From IMG/VR virus record IMGVR_UViG_3300033149_004458, positions 1 through 64,000 of that record: a stretch of DNA of 64,000 bases, one strand, 5' to 3'. This DNA is from a virus. The notes under the pieces were generated by a model, which saw only the letters and a list, made by a program, of their open reading frames with translations, ran no database searches and was not told the DNA's origin. The position numbers were made by a program, and so were the translations under genes. Below, one piece after another: positions 27,533-37,321 of this stretch. Each line of letters begins with the position of its first letter. The stretch's first letter is position 1.

Positions 27533-27973
27533 TTAACTCGGTTGATAATAGGTATAAAATGTTATACCAGCGCGCCAGTATAACTTTTCAACCAAATCTT
27601 TAAAAACATATATTGGTTTTAATACTCTATCGCTGACTATTAAATAACCAATTTGTGTTGGTGAAGCGCCAGGGGGGAACCCTTCATCATAATTGTATAC
27701 AGGGATTTGTTGTTCTAAAGCGTCAAAGATTAAAAATGCAAGCTCGTCTCTTTGAGGTGTGTCCTCCGCGAAAATATCAATTCTCCAAAATTCTTTGTCG
27801 AGCTCACATCCTCCCAATTCAAATGGCACTCCCCTGATGTCAAGAGAAACAACTGAAACAGTAGGCAGTAACAGCTTTCCAGAAGGAAAGCCGTCTTCTA
27901 CATTTACACCAGTTGGTACTAAACTTGACAGCCAGTAATATATAGATTGACGTAGCTTTCGCTTTATGTTCAT
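27533..27973 (-). CDS. tail terminator/completion protein
   Basis: LPTVSV...ELGG...IDIFA...QRDEL pattern; precedes the tube gene. Confidence 0.7.
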   Translation of the reverse strand: MNIKRKLRQSIYYWLSSLVPTGVNVEDGFPSGKLLLPTVSVVSLDIRGVPFELGGCELDKEFWRIDIFAEDTPQRDELAFLIFDALEQQIPVYNYDEGFPPGASPTQIGYLIVSDRVLKPIYVFKDLVEKLYWRAGITFYTYYQPS

Positions 27974-27994
27974 CTATACCTCTACAAAACAAAT

Positions 27995-28870
27995 TTACGG
28001 TGAGAATATTTCTCCTGTTGGTAATCGTTCTCCAGGACGAATTCTCCCAACATAGCGCCCCCTGACTTTTAACATGAACCATATACCTGTTTTACTTGTT
28101 CTTGCCTCTACGTGAACAGATGGTCCTGGAGATTCATAACGAACTTGGTCCAAAACTACAGGCACGCTCTCATTAGGGTTCTCAAACTGAAAACCTACAG
28201 CGTCTTCTATAGAGTGTACCATGTCCTCAGCAACGTCATCAAGAGCCTCGCTTACTATAGCAGGTACTTCTGCGCGCACCTTAGAGATGAACCCAGTACC
28301 TGCAAATGATGGATATGCTGGCGCTCCACTGGCATTACCATACTCTAGAAAAATCCAATAAGGAGCTTTTGTGCCCCAGGCATCAAGTCTTGCTTTAATT
28401 ACTTCTTCATATGTAGGAAGTTCCTCAAAGCTAACTGATTTGTTTTTCTTGGTAACAAATGCCCTTGGGCCACCCTCTCTGGCCGGCTTATATATTCCGA
28501 ACATCCACACAAAGAGGTTTTGCTCTGGTGTCCCGGTGCCTGGCCCACCTCCAGCAATTTGCCCCTCCAGAATATCACTCGGCATACCTGCTATCTGCTC
28601 GTTAAATACTTTGGCTCCCCTTAAATCTGGGGATACATAATAATGTTCCCAGTTGAGTAAATTTTCCATTAGTCGCTCTTCAAGAGGGGGGTATTGAAAC
28701 TCCTCAATGGTATTAATTGCCTCCTCTGCCATCTTTAGCATGTAATCTCGAATTCTGCTTTCTGCTAGATATTTGGCATTTGATCTAATGGCACTATCAA
28801 TATTCATCGTGTCAAATTGAGAGCCAAAATATATAAAACGGTCTAGTTCGTTCAATACGTCTTCTAACAT
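27995..28870 (-). CDS. neck/tail completion-like protein (291 aa)
   Basis: APYWIFLEYG motif reminiscent of HK97 gp10-like proteins; synteny. Confidence 0.55.
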   Translation of the reverse strand: MLEDVLNELDRFIYFGSQFDTMNIDSAIRSNAKYLAESRIRDYMLKMAEEAINTIEEFQYPPLEERLMENLLNWEHYYVSPDLRGAKVFNEQIAGMPSDILEGQIAGGGPGTGTPEQNLFVWMFGIYKPAREGGPRAFVTKKNKSVSFEELPTYEEVIKARLDAWGTKAPYWIFLEYGNASGAPAYPSFAGTGFISKVRAEVPAIVSEALDDVAEDMVHSIEDAVGFQFENPNESVPVVLDQVRYESPGPSVHVEARTSKTGIWFMLKVRGRYVGRIRPGERLPTGEIFSP

Positions 28871-29109
28871 TACCTGAATGTAAGCCCCTCTACTTCCTCT
28901 CCAAACAATGCCCTAAACACCGAACGAGCATAGTCATTAAATGAATCTAAAATAGTCTTTCTGACGAGGCCATACTTCTCATGGTCGGAACCAAGTATTT
29001 CCTCTATATCACTAAGCAGGATAGCAAGATACCGCCTCTTTCTGCGTTCTATGATTGCGGTTATATCTTGTATATCTAATCCATTAATTTCTACAGTATT
29101 CACCTTCAA
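28870..29109 (-). CDS. hypothetical protein (79 aa)
   Basis: GTG start after SD GAGG; TAATG coupling. Confidence 0.75.
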   Translation of the reverse strand: MKVNTVEINGLDIQDITAIIERRKRRYLAILLSDIEEILGSDHEKYGLVRKTILDSFNDYARSVFRALFGEEVEGLTFR

Positions 29110-29114
29110 CCTCT

Positions 29115-29558
29115 TTATACCCCAGCCGGGTCCTCAATCAGGGTAATTCTTATTCTATTTACATCTTGTACCCCGCGAAGAGCATAATTTTTCAAGTATA
29201 AGTTCTTTCCATCCACAACAAAATATTTAGAGTTATTAATTGTATTTAGAATTCCACTGCTGTAAGTAACTGTTACAGTGCAATCGCCATCGTCAATAAC
29301 TCCACCAGAAACCCAATATGGCTGACCGGCATATTTCCATCTAATGTGTCCATCATATACATGTTCTGACAAAGTAGTAAGCCAATAAGAACCATTACAG
29401 CCGCTGCAAAATGGATCGGTAGATTTGTTTGTTGTTGGATCAAGGCTACATAGTGGGCAAGCGCCATATATCTCCTCTGTATAGATACTGAATGGTCTTC
29501 CAATTGTTTCACGTATATTATCTATGATTTCTTTTGTGTTGGATGGAAAATTAACCAT
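29115..29558 (-). CDS. head closure/completion protein with Zn-binding insert
   Basis: CPLC...CSGC; lies between adaptor and neck genes once the glycan cluster is removed. Confidence 0.6.
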   Translation of the reverse strand: MVNFPSNTKEIIDNIRETIGRPFSIYTEEIYGACPLCSLDPTTNKSTDPFCSGCNGSYWLTTLSEHVYDGHIRWKYAGQPYWVSGGVIDDGDCTVTVTYSSGILNTINNSKYFVVDGKNLYLKNYALRGVQDVNRIRITLIEDPAGV

Positions 29559-30708
29559 TACTTAAAACTTCCTCAAAAAGTTCATCCCATTGTTTACCAA
29601 TATTTTCCCAGCGGAATTTGTCCTGGGTGACAAAATTATAAATTGCCTCTGCCTCTACTTCGCGCCGGTCGGGGTGTTCATAATAATAATCTAATGCCCT
29701 GGCTACTTCTTCTGGGGTTACTACCGCTCCTTCTGTTAATAGCCCAGGGTAGGTATCGTAATGGTCTATCGGAATCAAATATGCCAAACCATGATAAAGT
29801 TCACTAGTAGCAGAACTATCTGGAACTACTTGTGCCCTTTTACAAGCAGCATGCTCAAAGGTTGTTAAGCCCCAACCCTCTCCCATTCCTGTGTTTAGTC
29901 CAACATCGCAAGCGTTGTAAATCCAGTTTAATCTCTCGTCCGAAACACTCATTGCTGGACTCAAATCAAGCGAAGTGAGAATCAATCTATCGACAATCCC
30001 ATGCCGTTTACACATTTTAATGAGATTCCACCCGGCGTCTTCCAGTCCCGCGTGGCAATACAACTTAACCGATTTTGGTTTATTTCTTGCGAATTCAGCA
30101 AACCCCTTGATTGTTAGATCAAATCTTTTTCTTGGTTGGTTACGGTTTGCATTTAGCACCACGAATTCATCGTCTTCCATGTCAACTAAATGACTTCTGG
30201 CCTCCCTCATACCTATAGGGTAAAATACTGATGTATCGAGTCCATGAGGGATCACCCTTACCTTATCGGTTTTCACGTTGTCCAAAATAGCCTGTTTACC
30301 AAACTCTGTATATGCTACTGGCGTTGACCTCTCTACGATTTTCTGGCACCATTCCCCATCTAGTGGTTTGGCGTCAACCGGAAAGTATGTTACAACTTTT
30401 ATGTTTTCTGGCATCCTGGACAAATAGTCATAAAGTATCCAAGTGTCATTTAAAATGAAAACTAAATCTGGTCTGACATAATCTAACAACGGCTGTATTC
30501 TACCAAAGCCGTATAGATCACCACCAATAAACGCGGGGTACATTAAATGCTCCGCTTGTGGGTAGGGGTCGCCTCGATAGTTAATTGCCAAATGATGAAT
30601 GTCATATTTATTTTTTGGCAGATTATTAATAATACTATGATTCACTCTGGCGAACCCTGTTGCAACACCACCATCTCCTATCCAAAGTATTCTGAACTTA
30701 TTCCCCAT
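29551..30708 (-). CDS. GT-B (GT4-like) glycosyltransferase
   Basis: TGFARV, IPHGLD, NRNQPRKRFD and GEGWGLTTFE motifs. Confidence 0.9.
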   Translation of the reverse strand: MGNKFRILWIGDGGVATGFARVNHSIINNLPKNKYDIHHLAINYRGDPYPQAEHLMYPAFIGGDLYGFGRIQPLLDYVRPDLVFILNDTWILYDYLSRMPENIKVVTYFPVDAKPLDGEWCQKIVERSTPVAYTEFGKQAILDNVKTDKVRVIPHGLDTSVFYPIGMREARSHLVDMEDDEFVVLNANRNQPRKRFDLTIKGFAEFARNKPKSVKLYCHAGLEDAGWNLIKMCKRHGIVDRLILTSLDLSPAMSVSDERLNWIYNACDVGLNTGMGEGWGLTTFEHAACKRAQVVPDSSATSELYHGLAYLIPIDHYDTYPGLLTEGAVVTPEEVARALDYYYEHPDRREVEAEAIYNFVTQDKFRWENIGKQWDELFEEVLSNG

Positions 30709-30720
30709 ATGCCTCCCCCT

Positions 30721-31587
30721 TTATATCTCCTCCAATATTCTACTAAACATCTTGGGAACTAGAACTTTCCAACTGAATGTCTTTAAAATCTGTTCATACT
30801 CAGAGTCAGTTATTGGTTCTGGTTCTTGACTTAAAATGTGGACCAGCTGTTCTACAATATCATCCTCATGATTTACAAAGTAAGCAAATCCCTTATACGC
30901 AGAATACGTTGGAAGGTCAAAGACTATTGGCCGTGCCCCGCAGAATAATCCCTCTACGCCTAACAGCTCAAAACCCTCTACCAATCTTAGGCAAGAAGTA
31001 TATTTTGTGTAATTTAATAAGCCGGCCAACGCTAGAATGGGCATAAACCTTAAATGGCGATAGTGGCCTGTATCCCAACCAAACTGTTCTACAAAATTCC
31101 TTCCTGTGTGATGGACTATTTTATCTGCCTTTACTGCTGCCTCATAGAGTTTGTCTATGCACTCATCCTTCGCTATATATCCTGTGGTGAGAACATCAAC
31201 AGTACGAATATCTCTATTTGTATATGTAAATATATCCGGGTCTGCTCCCCAAGGCATATAGTGGAAGTTAAATGATTCGTCAGTATAATCTGTAAGTTTA
31301 TGAAACGATATTACTAGCTTAGCTTCCTTCCAAAATGGTATATAGTCTACTCGATCTATTTGTGCTGTCCAATAACAATGTTGAACAATAACCTTGTTTG
31401 GGTGTTCCCTCTCTAATACTGGGACCTCTCCTTCTCCAACAACGTGAATAATAAAAATATCACTATCTTCCCAATTTGGCACCCAAACAATATTTTCTGG
31501 TGAATATTTGCGGAAAGCCTCACTGATTCTAGTGAAAGCTGTTCCCCATGATGGGTGTCTATACTCAGATACTTTTATCTTTCCCAT
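30721..31587 (-). CDS. GT-B glycosyltransferase
   Basis: PWGADPDIF, EGFELLGVEGLFCGARP, FSW motifs. Confidence 0.85.
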   Translation of the reverse strand: MGKIKVSEYRHPSWGTAFTRISEAFRKYSPENIVWVPNWEDSDIFIIHVVGEGEVPVLEREHPNKVIVQHCYWTAQIDRVDYIPFWKEAKLVISFHKLTDYTDESFNFHYMPWGADPDIFTYTNRDIRTVDVLTTGYIAKDECIDKLYEAAVKADKIVHHTGRNFVEQFGWDTGHYRHLRFMPILALAGLLNYTKYTSCLRLVEGFELLGVEGLFCGARPIVFDLPTYSAYKGFAYFVNHEDDIVEQLVHILSQEPEPITDSEYEQILKTFSWKVLVPKMFSRILEEI

Positions 31588-31605
31588 AACCACTCCTTTA
31601 GTATA

Positions 31606-33315
31606 CTACCCTTTTATCTCAAATGGCTTGTGCCAGTTTTTCCTTGGCACTCTGATCCCCGGTTTACTCTCCCACTTTTCTCTTAGCCGTCTAATTTTAT
31701 TTCCGTAAGTTCCATCATCACCACTACAGGAACCTACATGGTGAACTCCGACAGCATTTGCATCTATGACAAGATAGCCAGCATTTCTGGCCTTTAAGCA
31801 GAAATCAGCGTCCTCGTGCCAGAATTTACCATATCCTTCATCAATGAAACCTATCTTGTTAACTAATCTTTTAGGAAATAATTGACAGTACCCTTGAACA
31901 ACATCTGCTTCAGTTACCCCTTTTGCTTCCCAAAACTGTCCCCACCTTCCTTCTGGGATATAAGTTCCGGTTTGCCCGACAATACCAACGCGCTTATCAG
32001 CAAAGAACCGTAATAGCTTGTTTAGCCAGTCATACTTTACAATGTGGGCATCATCATCTAAGAGAAGAATGTATTCTCCTCTGGCAGCCTTTATGCCAAT
32101 ATTTCTACCCTTAGAAACTCCTGAATTATAGTTTAACCTTATAACCTGATTGTGGGGATGTAATAATGCTAAATCAACCGGAATTTCCCAATTAGCCATA
32201 TTTTGGTCGACAATAACGATCTCAAAACCAGGGTCTTCGTCTCTGGTTGTATACTTGTAAATACTTTTTAGACAACGAGCAAGCATTTTTTGTGGTCGAT
32301 CAACAGCAAGAATAACAATACTGACTTTAATTGGTTTGGCGGCAGCTTTTAAAATATATTCTAGTCTTTCAGCAGACTTATCCCAAGTCCATTCTGTTCT
32401 TATATAATCACTTGCCTCTAAACCTCGTTTTCTGGCCTCGCCTGGGTGATTGACTAACCACCTCATAGTATTTACCAGATGGTCTAACTCTGGCTCCATC
32501 CAATATGGTTCCATGCTATCAGTTTTATAATGATGTGTTGTCCTTACAGTGTTAAATCTTATCTTATAAATATATTTACCATATTCTTTTATTCCGCTTC
32601 CAAAGGGCGCTATTACTGGAATACCACAAGCCATTGCTTCCATTGCGATTAGCCCTGGGCCTACACCACGAACTGGGAATAAAAGACAGTCTGCCTGGTG
32701 GTAAATATCTGCCATGCTTTTTACGTTTTTTCTAATTATTTTTATTCTTGGGTCATTAATAGATTCTTCTATTGGTGGGTAATTTGTATCTAGTTTCATA
32801 AGAAGCTTAACATTCTTATTATCTGAAAAGGCAGCTTTGAACGCTTTGATCGCTAAATCCCAACCATGTCTTTTGTCTGTACCTCCAGCCCATAGAAAAG
32901 TAAATGTGCCACCTGTTTGTTTTTCTCTGGGCTGAAATTCTTCTGGGTCTACTCCCATGTGGAGAGTTGTAACGTTTTTCAGTCCATTTGCATGGAAAAC
33001 TCTTCCCACCCAATCGCTAATAGCAACCACAAGATCATAATTTTTATTGGCGGCTTTTTTCCAGCCAATAGGAAAAGAATTATTTCCACCAAACTCCCAA
33101 GTCATAAAACCAACAGTTAATGGGTGCCTAACCTTTATATCAAAATTATATTCGTATGTAAAGGTAATATAAATAGGAGTTAACTCTCCAGCGGAATTTC
33201 TGTGTTGGTTTTTGTAAACAGTGTGCCCTCTACGCTCAAGGGCTTGTGACAGTTTCCGGTTTATAGTCGGAAAAGCGTAAACTTTATCGAAGGCACCTTG
33301 CCAAGTAATCTCCAT
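31606..33315 (-). CDS. bifunctional GT4 plus GT2 glycosyltransferase
   Basis: N-terminal GT-B (HMGVDP, GLIAMEAMACGIPVI); C-terminal GT-A (VSIVI, RNIGIKAARGEYILLLDDD, EDADF). Confidence 0.9.
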   Translation of the reverse strand: MEITWQGAFDKVYAFPTINRKLSQALERRGHTVYKNQHRNSAGELTPIYITFTYEYNFDIKVRHPLTVGFMTWEFGGNNSFPIGWKKAANKNYDLVVAISDWVGRVFHANGLKNVTTLHMGVDPEEFQPREKQTGGTFTFLWAGGTDKRHGWDLAIKAFKAAFSDNKNVKLLMKLDTNYPPIEESINDPRIKIIRKNVKSMADIYHQADCLLFPVRGVGPGLIAMEAMACGIPVIAPFGSGIKEYGKYIYKIRFNTVRTTHHYKTDSMEPYWMEPELDHLVNTMRWLVNHPGEARKRGLEASDYIRTEWTWDKSAERLEYILKAAAKPIKVSIVILAVDRPQKMLARCLKSIYKYTTRDEDPGFEIVIVDQNMANWEIPVDLALLHPHNQVIRLNYNSGVSKGRNIGIKAARGEYILLLDDDAHIVKYDWLNKLLRFFADKRVGIVGQTGTYIPEGRWGQFWEAKGVTEADVVQGYCQLFPKRLVNKIGFIDEGYGKFWHEDADFCLKARNAGYLVIDANAVGVHHVGSCSGDDGTYGNKIRRLREKWESKPGIRVPRKNWHKPFEIKG

Positions 33316-34033
33316 AATACGGTTCCTTTAAACACAAGATGTCTGTGTGGCAACCAGCCTGTCTATAGTAAGTTACTAGCTTTTTGGGCGTTGTGCGTAC
33401 AATCTCTCTAGTATTTTCATCTATATTCCAAATATATTTATAATTATTTTTAGCGAGTAGTTCAAGAAGTTGCCCCGCTGGTACCGCTGTTTGGTCTAGA
33501 TGTCTTGGGGAGAACTCTATTATTAAAATAGGAGAATGGTTTCTTAGAGTCCGAAGCATACCAAGAACAATTAGTCCCTCACTACCTTGTGTGTCTAATT
33601 TTATCATATCAATGGATATGTAAGAATTGCAATATTTACATTTATTCCTTTCCATCCAGGAATCTATAGTAATAACTTCTACCATTTCTTCTTCACGAGC
33701 CACATCGCCAGATGGGTGTAAACGGTTGTCAACGAGTTTTTTCGGATTGACATAGAGAATACCTTGCTTTGAGCAGACATCCCCAACGGCGACATTGTAT
33801 GTCGTAACATTTTTAAATTGCCTAGTATTGTTAACTAGCTCGTTGTAAGATTCTTTGTGTGGCTCAAATGCATAAACGCGGCCACTTGTCCATGATGCAA
33901 ATTTCTGTGTGTAATATCCGATATATGCCCCTATATCAAGAATGTTACCATCTGCAAGGTGAGATAGCACTGTTGTCAAAAATGGAGAACGGTATTTATA
34001 TTGTAGAATATCAAACTGGTCACTCACCTTCAA
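33284..34033 (-). CDS. FkbM-family methyltransferase
   Basis: LDIGAYIGYY, VYAFEP, IKLDTQGSE. Confidence 0.9.
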   Translation of the reverse strand: MKVSDQFDILQYKYRSPFLTTVLSHLADGNILDIGAYIGYYTQKFASWTSGRVYAFEPHKESYNELVNNTRQFKNVTTYNVAVGDVCSKQGILYVNPKKLVDNRLHPSGDVAREEEMVEVITIDSWMERNKCKYCNSYISIDMIKLDTQGSEGLIVLGMLRTLRNHSPILIIEFSPRHLDQTAVPAGQLLELLAKNNYKYIWNIDENTREIVRTTPKKLVTYYRQAGCHTDILCLKEPYYGDYLARCLR

Positions 34034-34051
34034 TCCTTACATTTAGCACAA

Positions 34052-34552
34052 TTATTTTCTTGCTGTAATTCTCATTTCTATATGATCTTCTAGCTGTTTG
34101 TGCCGCTCTATTTGTTTAAACCCAACACTACTTAGCAATTTGCGCAGAGCTAGGTAATTCCAACCAGCCTTGTGAGTATTCTCTGGATACTCTTGCCCAC
34201 CATAGAGGTAGTAAGCAAATAACAAAACGTCAAATCTCTTGCCTGTATAACTATCTCTTACATGGTTAGTGTAATTATAAACCAACTTATCAAGGTCAGG
34301 GCAATGAATTTCTAACGTTCCCCCAGGCCTCAACACTCTATACCATTCCCTTAACACTGCCTCTGTCCTACGGTGGGACCAATGTTCCAAAACATGCCTA
34401 GCGTATATTCCATCTAATTGGTTGTCTGAGAACCTACTTAGGTTAGCTCCATCTCCAACGATATCAACTTTGCCTGGAATATACCGCGCATCTAGACGAA
34501 TAGTTGATTTTGGGTTGGGATGAGCACCACCACCTATCTCTAAGATTTGCAT
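34052..34552 (-). CDS. class I SAM-dependent methyltransferase (type 11-like)
   Basis: LEIGGG, HVLEH, EWYRVLRPGG..EI..PD. Confidence 0.9.
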   Translation of the reverse strand: MQILEIGGGAHPNPKSTIRLDARYIPGKVDIVGDGANLSRFSDNQLDGIYARHVLEHWSHRRTEAVLREWYRVLRPGGTLEIHCPDLDKLVYNYTNHVRDSYTGKRFDVLLFAYYLYGGQEYPENTHKAGWNYLALRKLLSSVGFKQIERHKQLEDHIEMRITARK

Positions 34553-35280
34553 AATTCCTCCACAAGAAACCTATGCAGCTCAATGTGTCCTTCTATATTG
34601 TAACTAATTTCTCTATTTATCCATAGAGGGACTTCGTACAAATGTTTCCCAGAACCACCATGAAAGAACTCGTTTAAATTGTGTCTATATTTGTTTTCTA
34701 ATCCCTCAGAGTGGTCTCCTGTTATTATAAACAGATCATCTTCATTCAACCAAGAGCTAACTTTCTTAATAGCAATCTCTACCTGTCTGAAATAAGCATT
34801 TTTAAGTTCCTGCGTTGTTCTCGTTTGAAGAAGTTCTTTGGCAGCACTTACAGAGTATCTACCAAAATATTCGTTAGAATAATGCCCTTTTAACCCAAGC
34901 TCGTATGGTAGATGTGTTTTCCAGAAATGAAGAAGAGAGAAACAATTATTGCCGTGGCGGGGGAGAAGTCTAAGAGAATCCGCCCATCCATCTAATCGCT
35001 GTTTACATGGGCGGTTCCAATGGGAATAATTGTAGTTATCAATTAGAAACAGGTTTCCCATGGTATAAGCAGAGACAGAAAACCTGTGTTCTCTTGCCAA
35101 CATAAATAAATCCTTTCCAGGCCTTCCCCACCTTTTCCCTAACAATATTGCATACATAGATGCAGGCGTTAGGGTTGCATATGACTTAAAATCAGGAAAA
35201 TAGGTTCCTTGTTTAAGATTGAAAACCCTCTCAAATGTTTTCTTTTGCAAGGAATCTATCACAATTAGCCATAGATTCAT
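34540..35280 (-). CDS. alkaline phosphatase/sulfatase superfamily enzyme (probable Thr-nucleophile phosphotransferase)
   Basis: LIVIDSL, TLTPAS, HFWKTHLPY, TGDHSE, HG...EVPL. Confidence 0.8.
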   Translation of the reverse strand: MNLWLIVIDSLQKKTFERVFNLKQGTYFPDFKSYATLTPASMYAILLGKRWGRPGKDLFMLAREHRFSVSAYTMGNLFLIDNYNYSHWNRPCKQRLDGWADSLRLLPRHGNNCFSLLHFWKTHLPYELGLKGHYSNEYFGRYSVSAAKELLQTRTTQELKNAYFRQVEIAIKKVSSWLNEDDLFIITGDHSEGLENKYRHNLNEFFHGGSGKHLYEVPLWINREISYNIEGHIELHRFLVEELCKS

Positions 35281-35411
35281 TCCATATATCCTAACTCCCT
35301 CAGTCTTTCTCTGAGTATTTCTAGATCATCTTCTTGATCTTCTTCACTCAGCTCCTTCTCTGATGTTTCCTGGTAATTTATATCCTTCGAGGGATTGTCG
35401 TGAGGCTCCAT
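35277..35411 (-). CDS. acidic micro-protein ending RERLRELGYME (44 aa; not in ORF track)
   Basis: Overlaps the adaptor 3' end; ATGA coupling to the AlkP gene; RLxxLGY is the usual C-terminal tail of AlkP/sulfatase proteins. Confidence 0.6.
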   Translation of the reverse strand: MEPHDNPSKDINYQETSEKELSEEDQEDDLEILRERLRELGYME

Positions 35412-35826
35412 ATAATCTCGCCTTGAGTAACCGTTCTAGTTCTTCCAGGTCGCGCCCAATACTTGAATCTGCCGATTTCGCAGCAGCAATGTTAGAATAT
35501 GCCACCTCATCGTCTCTCCAGCTACCTATATCCCAAACGTGGCCCTCATATTGGGCACCCTTCAGAATAATAGCTGCCTGAAGGATGATTGGCCGTTCAT
35601 CTGCCGCTGCAATTGTTGGCGGAGCAGCATCTCGGAAAGTTGCTGTGCTACTACGTGTAACTGTCCCAGAAGAAGTGGCAGAATATCTATAAGACCATCG
35701 CCTGCCAAGAGCGTTAATAGCAGAGATTAATGCTGTCTCCATAACAGAATCAGAAAAAGTATATGGGGCGGTGTAATCTCCCATATGTAACCTTAGTTGA
35801 TCTATTAATTGAGTAACGTCACTCAT
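35344..35826 (-). CDS. head-tail adaptor/connector protein
   Basis: LIDQLRLHMGD...FSD pattern; two genes after the capsid gene. Confidence 0.7.
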   Translation of the reverse strand: MSDVTQLIDQLRLHMGDYTAPYTFSDSVMETALISAINALGRRWSYRYSATSSGTVTRSSTATFRDAAPPTIAAADERPIILQAAIILKGAQYEGHVWDIGSWRDDEVAYSNIAAAKSADSSIGRDLEELERLLKARLYGASRQSLEGYKLPGNIREGAE

Positions 35827-36320
35827 GTATTTGCCTGTAGCTCAGAAAGTCTTTCCTCAATTCTACCTACAACGCCAACAGAAACATTCATTTCCTTAGC
35901 CAGGCGCAACATCCTCTCTACTGGAACCGGTGAGGTAAATTTGTCTAACAGGGCTTTCACAGCAAAGAATTTCTTTTTGAGGGCTTCCTCTAGCTCTGCG
36001 TCAGAGATTTCATTTACAGAGATTTTTTCCTCTATTTCTTCAGTAAATGGGGCAATGTCACCACGGTCTAGTAGCGGCTTATTTGCCCTCCTGAAGAATT
36101 CATGTTCAAAATCTGTCCAGAATGTAAGAACGATATCTTCGATAGGGACTTTGCCTGGCTCACCCGCGAGAATTAGCTCTGTTGGCGATCCAGTGAATTG
36201 GTCTATTACTTTTACACAAACCTTGCCAACAATAGTTTTGACATACTTGGCTACTGGTTGGCCGGTTGCCCGCGCTTTTTGCAAAGCGTCGTAATATATT
36301 TTACTTGCAGTTAACTCCAT
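35823..36320 (-). CDS. hypothetical protein (165 aa)
   Basis: Strong SD GGGGAGGT; ATGA coupling. Confidence 0.8.
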   Translation of the reverse strand: MELTASKIYYDALQKARATGQPVAKYVKTIVGKVCVKVIDQFTGSPTELILAGEPGKVPIEDIVLTFWTDFEHEFFRRANKPLLDRGDIAPFTEEIEEKISVNEISDAELEEALKKKFFAVKALLDKFTSPVPVERMLRLAKEMNVSVGVVGRIEERLSELQANT

Positions 36321-36344
36321 TCCTACCTCCCCGTTAAAATGGTT

Positions 36345-36372
36345 ATAGGAGGGGATAATTATCCCCTCCTAT
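36345..36372. terminator. perfect 28-bp palindrome after the capsid gene (terminator or stabilising hairpin)
   Basis: ATAGGAGGGGATAA/TTATCCCCTCCTAT. Confidence 0.6.
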
Positions 36373-36381
36373 CCGATTTTA

Positions 36382-37308
36382 TTAGTCTGTACCAGCAAGA
36401 GCTGTGCAGTCAATCACGTAAATACCGATGGCCTTATCAATAATCATACCAAACTGCTGGTATAATTCAAGATACCAATCTGGCGGTGTGGGAGCCATGT
36501 CTTCCCATTGCTTCCATTTTGCATCACCGTAGGTGATGAATTCTCCAACATGATTGCCCAAAACCACAACATAGCGGTTCGAGATCATTGGAGTGTAAGT
36601 CACCTGGTCTGACCAGACCTGGTCAATGGCAACAATATTGGCTCCATACCAGCTACCAAGCCAGCCAGTGCGGTAAATTTCGCGGATTGCGTCCTCATTT
36701 CCCCAGGCATTGTTGTTTACTGGGTCAACGTGGAACCCGCCAAACTGAGTGATTGGTGCCAAGCTTCGTCGTGTACCAACAACAGCGCGTACACCCCCAG
36801 GAATACGATAGTTGATCTCATTAATTGCATTGCGTAAAGCGGCCTGAGTTAGATTGGCTACAGCAACGTAGTTATTTGGTGTGTTGACAGCGGTCCAAAT
36901 ATTTGCCAAAGCAGTGAACACACGCCCAACGTAAAAATCTGTCAGGGTGGCCTGCATTTCAGCACGAATACTTTCAACCGTACCAAGCTCGCCAGATTCA
37001 AGCTCCCAAAGGTTGGCTCGAACCTTTACGTCTGCTCCATCAAGCATATAGTTAATACGGTCAGCAACCGTGATCTCACTTGCTAGATGAACAGAGCCAG
37101 GAACCAAAGTTCTCACATCAATTCCTGTACGCACCTTCTTGACTAAAGCGTCGCCAGGTTTTAATGCGCGGGTATCTAAAAAGAGCCCCACGATGTTTTC
37201 TGTGATATGCCCAGGATCAATATACTCAACAATTAACGAGGCCAGGGCTTCGCGTTGTGACTTGTCCTTAGCTAGTGCAGCATAAGCAGTTTTAAATTTT
37301 TCGTCCAC
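36382..37308 (-). CDS. major capsid protein (308 aa)
   Basis: Synteny after portal, protease and decoration genes; HK97-like size; G.LG.WYGANIV motif; strong SD. Confidence 0.8.
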   Translation of the reverse strand: MDEKFKTAYAALAKDKSQREALASLIVEYIDPGHITENIVGLFLDTRALKPGDALVKKVRTGIDVRTLVPGSVHLASEITVADRINYMLDGADVKVRANLWELESGELGTVESIRAEMQATLTDFYVGRVFTALANIWTAVNTPNNYVAVANLTQAALRNAINEINYRIPGGVRAVVGTRRSLAPITQFGGFHVDPVNNNAWGNEDAIREIYRTGWLGSWYGANIVAIDQVWSDQVTYTPMISNRYVVVLGNHVGEFITYGDAKWKQWEDMAPTPPDWYLELYQQFGMIIDKAIGIYVIDCTALAGTD

Positions 37309-37321
37309 GAAGGCACCTCCT

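Noticed and set aside
34540-35280. True formylglycine sulfatase
   Set aside because: It lacks C/S-x-P-x-R; Thr occupies the nucleophile position.
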